From Minisyncoccota bacterium (lineage in GTDB: Bacteria; Patescibacteriota; Minisyncoccia; Minisyncoccales; Minisyncoccaceae), in the NCBI GenBank assembly GCA_041651335.1, contig JBAZJL010000002.1, positions 1 to 32,000 on the forward strand: a DNA stretch of 32,000 bases, written 5' to 3'. The notes below the pieces were generated by a model that worked only from the letters and a program-made list of their open reading frames with translations, was not told where the DNA came from and did not search any database. This document shows, in pieces, positions 16,476 to 23,824 of the stretch. The translations under genes were made by a program, and so were the position numbers. Position 1 is the stretch's first letter. Every line of letters begins with the position of its first letter.

Positions 16476-17198
16476 ATGGCCTTATTTCCAATTTTGTTAA
16501 TTATTGCTATTTTCTCTTATCTTCTTGGCTCTATTCCTTTTGCACTTGTTTTCAACAAATTAATTTTTAAACAAGATCCTCGTCAAACTGGATCAAAAAA
16601 TTTAGGAGCTTTAAATACTTTAAGAATTAGCACAGAAAAAAAAGGAAAAATAATTGGAGCCCTGTCTTTTTTAATTGTATTTCTCTTGGATGCAGGTAAA
16701 GGGGTAATTGCTGTTTTTTTCGCTCAAAAATTAGCCTTAGCCACAATTACTAATCCTCTTTTACTTGGCCCGGAAGGAACTTCTGTTATAATTTTAGTTG
16801 CTTCGATGGTTGCTGCTTTACTTTCAGTTGTTGGCCATAATTACTCGCTTTATCTTAAATTCAAAGGCGGTCGAGGAGCGGCAACCTTGTTTGGTATTAC
16901 TTTATTTTTAAATTGCCAACTTGCTTGGCTTTGGGCTGGTATCGTTCTTTTAGTAATAATTATTGGAGAAATTTTAGCTGGCCATAAATTTAATAAAAAA
17001 TTAATTCCCCAGGCTATAAATAATCAAATTTTGGGACGTTTGATTGGAGAAATCCTAGGCTTAGGATTAATTTATTTTCTTAATCCTTATATTTTTGCTA
17101 TTGTTTGTTTGCCCTTATTGCCAGTGCTTTTAGCCCATTCTGATCGCCTAGAAGAACAAATGAAAAAAATTAAAGCAAAAAATTACTTAGCAAAATAA
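16476..17198 (+). CDS. PlsY-family acyltransferase, paralog 2
   Basis: 240 aa. It contains LLGSIPFALVF, GSKNLGALNTLR and GHNYSLYLKFKGGRGAAT. Confidence 0.75.
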   Translation: MALFPILLIIAIFSYLLGSIPFALVFNKLIFKQDPRQTGSKNLGALNTLRISTEKKGKIIGALSFLIVFLLDAGKGVIAVFFAQKLALATITNPLLLGPEGTSVIILVASMVAALLSVVGHNYSLYLKFKGGRGAATLFGITLFLNCQLAWLWAGIVLLVIIIGEILAGHKFNKKLIPQAINNQILGRLIGEILGLGLIYFLNPYIFAIVCLPLLPVLLAHSDRLEEQMKKIKAKNYLAK

Positions 17199-17199
17199 A

Positions 17200-17865
17200 A
17201 TGCCTCAACTTTTATTATATTTTTGTTTTTTTGTTTTTTCTTATCTTTTGGGATCAATTCCTTTTAGTTATTTGATTACAAAAATTTTTACTAAAAAAAA
17301 TGTTTTTGAATTAGGTTGGAAAAAAAGTTCGGCCAGCAATGTTATTAAAAACATTGGAAAATTACCAGGAATTTTAGCTTTTTTATTGGATGTTGGTAAG
17401 GGATTTTTAGTGGTTTATTTGGCTCAACAATTGCAATTTTCTTCTTTTCTTCAAGCCTTGGCTGGAATTTGCGCAATCTTAGGACACAATTGGTCTATTT
17501 TTGTAAAAGGCAAAGGAGGAAGGGGTTTGGCCACTTTAGTTGGCGCTGTAATCGGGTTTTCTCCTGTTTTTCTTTTTATTATTGTTATTCCTTGTATTAT
17601 TTTTACTTTTATTTGGACTGCTTCAATCGGCACGATTTTATCTTTAGTGTTTGGAGTTTTTTTGGGTTTTGCTTTTGCAAAGTGGCAAGCGCCTGGATTT
17701 TTAATTTTGATTTCTCTTCTGCCAATTTTTATTAAACGACTAAGTCCGATTAAAGAAATAAATAACATTACTGATCAAGGGGAAAAAAGAGCATTAATCG
17801 AAAACAGACTTTTGTTTGATCAAGACACGGTTCCCAGCTTTCGCATTAAATTTTTTAAAAAATAG
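17200..17865 (+). CDS. PlsY-family acyltransferase, paralog 3 (divergent N-terminal motif)
   Basis: 221 aa. It contains LLGSIPFSYLITK and GHNWSIFVKGKGGRGLAT. The GSGN.GATN motif is degraded to KKSSASNVIKN. Confidence 0.65.
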   Translation: MPQLLLYFCFFVFSYLLGSIPFSYLITKIFTKKNVFELGWKKSSASNVIKNIGKLPGILAFLLDVGKGFLVVYLAQQLQFSSFLQALAGICAILGHNWSIFVKGKGGRGLATLVGAVIGFSPVFLFIIVIPCIIFTFIWTASIGTILSLVFGVFLGFAFAKWQAPGFLILISLLPIFIKRLSPIKEINNITDQGEKRALIENRLLFDQDTVPSFRIKFFKK

Positions 17866-17907
17866 TTTTGACTTTTTTGTTAATAAGTTGTATTTTTTAT
17901 ATCTAAT

Positions 17908-17979
17908 GCCCCCGTAGCTCAACGGATAGAGTTCTGGTCTTCGGAACCAGCGGTGTGGGTTCGAATCCTGCCGGGGGCA
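17908..17979 (+). tRNA. tRNA-Arg (anticodon TCG)
   Basis: Acceptor is GCCCCCG/CGGGGGC. D arm is GCTC-AACGGATA-GAGT. Anticodon stem is CTGGT/ACCAG with loop CTTCGGA. T arm is GTGGG-TTCGAAT-CCTGC, with two wobble pairs. Discriminator is A and no CCA is encoded. Confidence 0.86.
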
Positions 17980-17980
17980 C

Positions 17981-18021
17981 CCTAATACAAAAGATGGCTC
18001 CATGCCATCTTTTGTATTAGG
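17981..18021 (+). other. Perfect 18-bp hairpin immediately 3' of tRNA-Arg
   Basis: CCTAATACAAAAGATGGC-TCCAT-GCCATCTTTTGTATTAGG. Its 3' arm overlaps the 5' arm of the GC-rich module that follows. Confidence 0.7.
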
Positions 18022-18215
18022 ATTGATTCGAAGCCGGAGGGCCGACGGACCCGAGGCAGGCCCTGAGGAATTTTCAGTAGAAAATTACCGAAGGGCGAAT
18101 CCTGCCGAGATATTTTTGAAGGCGAATCCTGCCGAGATATTTTTGAAGGCGAATCCTGCCGAGATATTTTTGAAGGCGAATCCTGCCGAGATATTTTTGA
18201 AGGCGAATCCTGCCA
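18019..18215 (+). repeat. One GC-rich three-helix module (18019-18103) followed by five tandem 27-bp units that re-copy the module 3' edge and the tRNA-Arg T-arm 3' strand
   Basis: GGCGAATCCTGCCGAGATATTTTTGAA starts at 18094, 18121, 18148, 18175 and 18202 (the last copy is decayed). CGAATCCTGCCG is identical to tRNA-Arg positions 17962-17973. Confidence 0.93.
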
Positions 18216-18359
18216 AAATTCTTTTTAAAAGCAAATTTTTTAGCTTAATAATTCAAATACAAAGCCATAACAACGGCAAACAAAAAATAAACAAGTTTTA
18301 CTAAAATTTTACCCAAAAACAAAAAAATAGTGGATTTAGGCTTTAAGTAGTCTTTTCTC

Positions 18360-18388
18360 TTGATTTTTTAAACAAAATAAACTATACT
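18360..18388 (+). promoter_or_regulatory. Candidate promoter of the short pilin-like gene
   Basis: TTGATT (18360-18365), a 17-nt spacer, then TATACT (18383-18388), 27 nt upstream of the ATG. Confidence 0.3.
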
Positions 18389-18414
18389 CAACCCAGAATA
18401 GCAACCTAAAAAAG

Positions 18415-18852
18415 ATGATTTTTAATAAAAAATTCAAATATTTTTCTTTTCTTAGCCTTCTTTTTTTGGTTTTTGTTTCTTTTCCAATTATTGCTAATGC
18501 TGCCACTTGTCCAACCTGCGACTCAATTGTTTGTTGTGGAAACGAAGGCCAGCCTGCTTGTACTTTAGCGGATTTGTTTTGTTTAATCCAAAGCATAATA
18601 AATTTCATCTTATGGCAAGTAGTTCCGCCATTAATAGTGATTTGGTTTGCTTATGCTGGTTTTTTAATGCTTACCTCTGGAGGAGATCCTGGAAAAACAA
18701 AACAAGCCAAAGACATGGTTACCGCAGCTTTTATTGGAATAATTCTTGTTTATTCTGCTTGGATGTTAGTTTACTGGTTTATCAGCTTTATCGGAGGGCC
18801 AACTCAAAGTAATTGGCTATTGCAGTTTTTTACTACTCAAACCACTCCTTAA
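18415..18852 (+). CDS. Small secreted two-TM pilin-like protein (TrbC/VirB2-like, the pilin type seen in Patescibacteria) with a Cys-rich N-terminus
   Basis: 145 aa. The signal peptide ends IIANA. Six Cys lie in ATCPTCDSIVCCGNEGQPACTLADLFC. Next come TM1, then LTSGGDPGKTKQAKDMVTAAFIGIILVYS, then TM2. The same core is found in the N-termini of the ORFs at 28789-30096 and 30101-31480. Confidence 0.7.
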   Translation: MIFNKKFKYFSFLSLLFLVFVSFPIIANAATCPTCDSIVCCGNEGQPACTLADLFCLIQSIINFILWQVVPPLIVIWFAYAGFLMLTSGGDPGKTKQAKDMVTAAFIGIILVYSAWMLVYWFISFIGGPTQSNWLLQFFTTQTTP

Positions 18853-18884
18853 TTTTAATAATAGTCTGGTTAATCTGAAATCAA

Positions 18885-18957
18885 GCCCCGTTAGCTCAGT
18901 TGGTAGAGCAGGAAGCTCTTAACTTCAAGGTCGTGGGTTCGAATCCCTCACGGGGCA
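18885..18957 (+). tRNA. tRNA-Lys (anticodon CTT)
   Basis: Acceptor is GCCCCGT/ACGGGGC. D arm is GCTC-AGTTGGTA-GAGC. The anticodon loop is CTCTTAA. T arm is GTGGG-TTCGAAT-CCCTC, with one T:T mismatch. Discriminator is A and no CCA is encoded. Confidence 0.86.
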
Positions 18958-19411
18958 CAAACGAACACATGACAGGATAGAAAATATTGATTAATTTAAA
19001 ACGCCGATTAACGAAAGAGGGATTCGAAGCCGGAGGGCCGACGGGCCCGAGGCAGGCCTAAGCGAAACTTCACCAGAAGTTTACGCGAAGGCGAAACCTC
19101 ACGGGGCACAAACGAACACATGACAGTATAGAAAATATTGATTAATTTAAAACGCTGATTAACGAAAGAGGGATTCGAAGCCGGAGGGCCGACGGGCCCG
19201 AGGCAGGCCTGAGCGCAATTTCACCAGAAATTGACGCGAGGGCGAAGCCTCACGGGGCACAAACGAACACATGACAGTATAGAAAATATTGATTAATTTA
19301 AAACGCTGATTAACGAAAGAGGGATTCGAAGCCGGAGGGCCGACGGGCCCGAGGCAGGCCTGAGCGCAATTTCACCAGAAATTGACGCGAGGGCGAAGCC
19401 TCACGGGGCAC
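18958..19411 (+). repeat. Three tandem ~151-bp units. Each has a 60-nt AT-rich spacer, a GC-rich three-helix module and a copy of the tRNA-Lys 3' end.
   Basis: CCTCACGGGGCAC occurs at 18945 (in the tRNA), 19097, 19248 and 19399. The modules lie at 19017-19100, 19168-19251 and 19319-19402. Units 2 and 3 look identical. Unit 1 differs by paired substitutions in a hairpin. Confidence 0.95.
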
Positions 19412-19572
19412 ACAAAAGACCACGACAAAGAACAAGATTGATAGATAAAAAATTAAACAAGGAAGAAAGGAAAAAGTATTTTTTAAAAATTAACAATTAA
19501 ATATCGAAGAGACACCTGTTTTGGTTAAAAAACTAAAACAAGGCGCATAATAAAAAGTAAAAAAATAAAAAA

Positions 19573-19839
19573 ATGTTATCACCAGAAGACAAAACAAGTA
19601 TTATCGATAAGTTCAAGACTCACGAAAAAGATACTGGTTCGGCCGAAGTTCAAATCGCTTTATTGTCAAAAGAAATTGAAAGGCTATTAGAACATCTAAA
19701 AGAACACAAAAAAGATCTTCATTCAAAAAAAGGACTTTTGAAAATGGTTTCTAAAAGAAGAAAACTTTTAAAATACCTTCAAAAGACCGATGAGAAAACT
19801 TATAAAGAAATCACTAAAAAAATCGGCCTTAAATCTTAG
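19573..19839 (+). CDS. rpsO: 30S ribosomal protein S15
   Basis: 88 aa. It contains TGSAEVQIALLSKEIERLLEHLKEHKKDLHSKKGLLKMVSKRRKLLKYL. Confidence 0.96.
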   Translation: MLSPEDKTSIIDKFKTHEKDTGSAEVQIALLSKEIERLLEHLKEHKKDLHSKKGLLKMVSKRRKLLKYLQKTDEKTYKEITKKIGLKS

Positions 19840-19851
19840 GGCCGTATTTTT
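19824..19851 (+). terminator. Hairpin plus T-run at the rpsO/pnp junction (partial terminator or processing site)
   Basis: CGGCC-(11 nt)-GGCCG spans the rpsO stop codon and is followed by TATTTTT. The pnp ATG is at 19866. Confidence 0.35.
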
Positions 19852-19865
19852 GTATTTGTAAAACT

Positions 19866-21980
19866 ATGGAAACAAAATCATTTAAAAAGGAAATAAACGG
19901 CAAATTACTAGAAATAGAATTTAATGGATTGGCTGAAAGGGCAAATAGTTCTGTTTTTGTAAAATACGGGGACACTGTAGTGATGGCTAATTGCGTTATT
20001 GCAAAAAAAGAAATTGAAAATGCTGACTTTTTCCCTTTAACCGTGCTCTACGAAGAAAAATATTATGCTGTTGGAAAAATACTTGGCTCTCGTTTTATGA
20101 AAAGAGAAGGCCGTCCGTCAGAACAGTCTATTTTAACCTCCAGACTGATTGACCGAGCAATTCGTCCGCTTTTTCCATCTGATTTACATCACGAGGTCCA
20201 GGTTATTGTTACTTGCTTGTCTTGGGATCAAGAATCAGATCCAGCCTCTTTAAGTTTGCTGGCCGCTTCAGTTGCCTTGCTTTGTTCTGATATTCCTTGG
20301 CACGGACCAGTGGCTCCAATCAGAGTAGGGGAAAAAGACGGCCAGATAATTATTTTCCCAACCACCAAAGAAAGAGAAGAAGGAAATCTTGATTTAACAA
20401 TTTCTGCCCTAAAATCAGAATCAGGAAAAGAAATTTTAGTGAATATGATTGAGGCCGGGTTAAAAGAAGTTTCTGAAGAAATGCTCTTAAAGGCTTTTGC
20501 CGAAACAAAAAAAATTCAAAAAGAACTTTTAGATTTTCAAGAAGACATTCAAAAACAAATCGGCAAAGAAAAAATAATACTTAAGGAATATCCGATTAAT
20601 GAAGAAATAAAAAAAGAAGTAATTAATTTTCTTGGAGATCGCTTGGAAAAAGCTTTATTTAAAAAAACAGAAACTATTGAAGATTTAAAAAATGAACTAG
20701 CCGAGCATTTAAAAGCTTTGAATGATGACCCCCAACAATTAAGACAGGGTTTGAATATTTTCGAAGCAGAAACCGAAAAAGCCATGCATCGTGGAGCAAT
20801 AAAAAATGGATTAAGAACTGATGGCCGAAAAATAACAGAGCTAAGAGAATTAAATTGTCAAACAGGATTATTCAAAAGAACCCATGGCACGGGATTGTTT
20901 ACTCGTGGCCAAACCAAAGTTTTATCTTTTCTTACTTTGGGTGCCCCGGGAGATCAAAAAATTATTGATGAAATGGAAATCCAGGGTAAAAAAAGGTTTA
21001 TGCATAACTACAACTTTCCTCCTTACAGCGTAGGGGAAACTGGACCAATGCGTGGACCAGGCCGAAGAGAAATAGGGCACGGAATGTTGGCCGAAAAAGC
21101 CTTGCGACCAATGATTCCTTCAGCCGAAGAGTTTCCTTATACGATCAGGGTTGTTTCTGAAGTTTTGTGTTCTAATGGATCAAGCTCAATGGCTTCAACT
21201 TGTGCTGCTTGTTTAGCTCTTATGGATGGGGGAGTGCCAATCAAAAGGCCTGTTTCTGGAATCGCAATGGGGTTAATGATGGAAATAAATAATGAAAAAA
21301 GCACAGAAGATAAAGAATATATTGTTTTAACCGATGTTCAAGGAGAAGAAGATCATTATGGCGATATGGATTTTAAAGTTGCTGGCACGGAAAAAGGAAT
21401 CACTGCCTTGCAAATGGATATTAAAATAAGGGGAATTACTGATAAGATTATCAAACAAGCTCTTGAACAGTCTCGTCCTGCCCGAGAAGAAATAAGAAAC
21501 ACCATGGCTAATATTTTAGCAGAGCCAAGAAAAGAATTATCTCCTTATGCTCCAAGAATTTTTGTTATTAAAATAAATCCAGAAAAAATAGGAGAAGTGA
21601 TTGGCACGGGCGGAAAAATAATCAATGAAATTATCGAAACTTGCAACGTGACTATTGATATCGAAGATTCTGGAGAAATATTTATTACTTCGGAAAATCA
21701 AGAATCAGCCCAAAAAGCAATTGAATGGATAAATAACATTGTTAAAGAAGTAGAAATAGGTGAAATTTATCAAGGAACAGTAAAAAGAATAATGGATTTT
21801 GGCGCGTTTGTTGAAATTCTTCCTGGGCAAGAAGGCTTAGTTCATATTTCTCATTTGGACAATAAACGCGTAAACAAGGTAACTGATGTTGTAAAACTAA
21901 ATGATGTTATTCCAGTAAAAGTCATCTCTATTGACGAACAAGGCAGGATTAATCTATCATTAAAAGAAGCAAAGAAATAA
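19866..21980 (+). CDS. pnp: Polyribonucleotide nucleotidyltransferase (PNPase)
   Basis: 704 aa with two RNase PH-like halves. The KH domain contains IGEVIGTGGKIINEI. The S1 domain contains GEIYQGTVKRIMDFGAFVEILPGQEGLVHISHL. Confidence 0.97.
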   Translation: METKSFKKEINGKLLEIEFNGLAERANSSVFVKYGDTVVMANCVIAKKEIENADFFPLTVLYEEKYYAVGKILGSRFMKREGRPSEQSILTSRLIDRAIRPLFPSDLHHEVQVIVTCLSWDQESDPASLSLLAASVALLCSDIPWHGPVAPIRVGEKDGQIIIFPTTKEREEGNLDLTISALKSESGKEILVNMIEAGLKEVSEEMLLKAFAETKKIQKELLDFQEDIQKQIGKEKIILKEYPINEEIKKEVINFLGDRLEKALFKKTETIEDLKNELAEHLKALNDDPQQLRQGLNIFEAETEKAMHRGAIKNGLRTDGRKITELRELNCQTGLFKRTHGTGLFTRGQTKVLSFLTLGAPGDQKIIDEMEIQGKKRFMHNYNFPPYSVGETGPMRGPGRREIGHGMLAEKALRPMIPSAEEFPYTIRVVSEVLCSNGSSSMASTCAACLALMDGGVPIKRPVSGIAMGLMMEINNEKSTEDKEYIVLTDVQGEEDHYGDMDFKVAGTEKGITALQMDIKIRGITDKIIKQALEQSRPAREEIRNTMANILAEPRKELSPYAPRIFVIKINPEKIGEVIGTGGKIINEIIETCNVTIDIEDSGEIFITSENQESAQKAIEWINNIVKEVEIGEIYQGTVKRIMDFGAFVEILPGQEGLVHISHLDNKRVNKVTDVVKLNDVIPVKVISIDEQGRINLSLKEAKK

Positions 21981-22004
21981 TTTAAAAATCTCGCCTATTT
22001 TTCC

Positions 22005-23816
22005 ATGGAGGAAAATATTTTCACAATAGAAACCACCAAAATAAGGACGATGAAAAAAGACATTAACGCCGCGCAAAGAGAACAGGCTAATGCGCAGGGT
22101 GTTTTTTTGGACACAAAAAAAGAAAATGTTAAAAACCAACTGGAAAAAGAAAAGGCCGCTATTGCTGCTTTGGCCCAAAAAGAAAAAGAGATTGAACAAA
22201 AGCAGGCTCTAGAGGAAAAAAATCTTAGCTCAACAAAAAAAGATATGCCTGTTATCGAGGGGAATGCGATTATTGTGCCAATGGAAAAAAGAAATCAAAT
22301 AAAAATAAATGTAGCCGAGGGGGATAGCGAAGAAGAAAAAGAACTAGCCCCTCACATTGAAGAAAAAATTGCCCCAACCAATATAGAATCTATTTTTGAA
22401 GAAAGCGAGCCAGAGCCAAAACTGCCGATACCAGCTTTTATTCCGCCCCAAAAAGATTTAATCAAGCAAGAAATTAAAGAAACTGCCCCGAAAGAAAAGG
22501 TGTTAATCAAAGAAAACACTCCAGAAGAAATTAAAGAACCTGAAGCAAGGCCAAAAGAAATTCAACAAGAAACGGAAACTCTTGATTTTGTTGAAGAAAA
22601 TCAAGCTTTGGCCGAAGATTTAACAGGCCTTGAACAAGAATTGCCTAGTCTTTCAAAAAACTATCCCGAAACTGGTCTCACTATTGATGATTTAGAAAAT
22701 ATGGAATTATCAGAAAGCGATCACGAGCAGATAGATATTGGAGAAATTCCGGGATTAGAGCTAGATGATGAAATAAAAGAAGAGCAAGAGCTGCGCAGCG
22801 TTGATCTGCCTCAAAAAGATTCTTTGGAAGAAAAAAGCCAAGAAGAAAAAATAATTTCCTTAGAACAACTAAAACCTGAAAAAACCGAGGAAGACGTAAA
22901 AAGCAAAGAAAAAACCGAGGAAGACTTTCTTTTAAGAGACGAATTTATCTTTTCAAAAAAAGAAGAAACTCAAGAAGAAAAATTAAGAAAACTAACTGAT
23001 CTTGTTTTTGAAATAGAACAAAATATTATTCAAATCAATGATGAAAAAATTCCTTTCGAAGAAAAAAGAAAAGATATCGAAAGAGAAATAGATAAGGCTC
23101 GCCAGCGATTGGATTTGATTTTAGAAAGAAAAAAAAGAATTGAAGAGCTAAAAAAGACCACGGAGAACAAAGAGGAATCCGCAGAAACAGCTGAAGAAAA
23201 AAGAAATATGGAAAAAGAGCGCTGGAAAATAGAAGACGAAAGAAATGCGGTAGAACAAGAAAAAAATAAAAAAGAAGATGAAATAAAATCATTACGCCTT
23301 CAATTAAATGAATTTAATCTTAATTTTGAAAAAATTCTTTCCCGAGAAAAAGAACTTAATATGGAGCTTGATCTTTTAAAAAGAGACAAAGACCATTTGG
23401 TTTTAAACGAAGAAAAAGAAAAATTATTGGAGAAACTGGAAAAATCTCAAAAAGAAGCAAATAGCATAAAAGATTTAATGAACGATAACACTTCTCAAAA
23501 AGAAGCAATTGATAAAAAAATAAATAAAATAAAAGAAGAAGAGCAAACAATTGAAGAAGAAATAAAAGTTTTAGAAAAAAGAACTGATTTAACGGTTCCA
23601 GAGGCAGAATTGAGAAAATTAGAAGCGCAAAGAAAATCAGCCGAAGAAAAAAGAAGAAAAACAGAAGAGCAGAGATGGCAAGCAGAAGATGATTTAAACA
23701 AGGCTGAGGCTTTGCGTTTGGAATTAAGAGAAAAATACCAATCTTTTGCCTCCGAAGCTAATATGCTAAAAGAAAAAATTACCGAGATAAATAAAAAAAT
23801 GAATAAAAACGATTAA
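22005..23816 (+). CDS. Glu/Lys-rich coiled-coil protein of unknown function
   Basis: 603 aa with no TM segment or signal peptide visible. Its C-terminal ~270 aa are paralogous to the next ORF. Confidence 0.7.
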   Translation: MEENIFTIETTKIRTMKKDINAAQREQANAQGVFLDTKKENVKNQLEKEKAAIAALAQKEKEIEQKQALEEKNLSSTKKDMPVIEGNAIIVPMEKRNQIKINVAEGDSEEEKELAPHIEEKIAPTNIESIFEESEPEPKLPIPAFIPPQKDLIKQEIKETAPKEKVLIKENTPEEIKEPEARPKEIQQETETLDFVEENQALAEDLTGLEQELPSLSKNYPETGLTIDDLENMELSESDHEQIDIGEIPGLELDDEIKEEQELRSVDLPQKDSLEEKSQEEKIISLEQLKPEKTEEDVKSKEKTEEDFLLRDEFIFSKKEETQEEKLRKLTDLVFEIEQNIIQINDEKIPFEEKRKDIEREIDKARQRLDLILERKKRIEELKKTTENKEESAETAEEKRNMEKERWKIEDERNAVEQEKNKKEDEIKSLRLQLNEFNLNFEKILSREKELNMELDLLKRDKDHLVLNEEKEKLLEKLEKSQKEANSIKDLMNDNTSQKEAIDKKINKIKEEEQTIEEEIKVLEKRTDLTVPEAELRKLEAQRKSAEEKRRKTEEQRWQAEDDLNKAEALRLELREKYQSFASEANMLKEKITEINKKMNKND

Positions 23817-23824
23817 TTTCGAAA

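Noticed and set aside
18002-18304. 100-aa ORF with ANPAEIFLK repeated four times
   Set aside because: It is the translation of the 27-bp tandem repeat and the GC-rich module downstream of tRNA-Arg. The minus-strand ORF at 17794-18003 likewise overlaps the tRNA-Arg gene. Both are artefacts.
19017-19100. Hammerhead or HDV-like self-cleaving ribozyme in the GC-rich module
   Set aside because: The module is a three-way junction with CUGA and GAA elements. However, the CUGA is not conserved (CTAAG in Lys-1), and no helix separates a CUGANGA from a GAAA in the required order. For an HDV-like fold I could not find a P1 partner in the AT-rich upstream sequence. A novel ribozyme class cannot be excluded from sequence alone.
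8951-19411. Remnant prophage or integrative island at tRNA att sites
   Set aside because: No integrase, excisionase, transposase or phage-like ORF lies next to any of the three tRNA-linked arrays. The sequence between tRNA 3'-end copies is only the 85-nt module plus a short spacer. An ancient, fully deleted island cannot be excluded. It would not explain the conserved, covarying structure.
19515-19543. Imperfect hairpin in the rpsO leader as an S15 autoregulatory element
   Set aside because: The stem CCTGTTTTGG/CTAAAACAAGG has a bulge and a wobble pair and is mostly A/U. There is no clear pseudoknot or three-way junction resembling known S15 operators. It is too weak to call from sequence alone.
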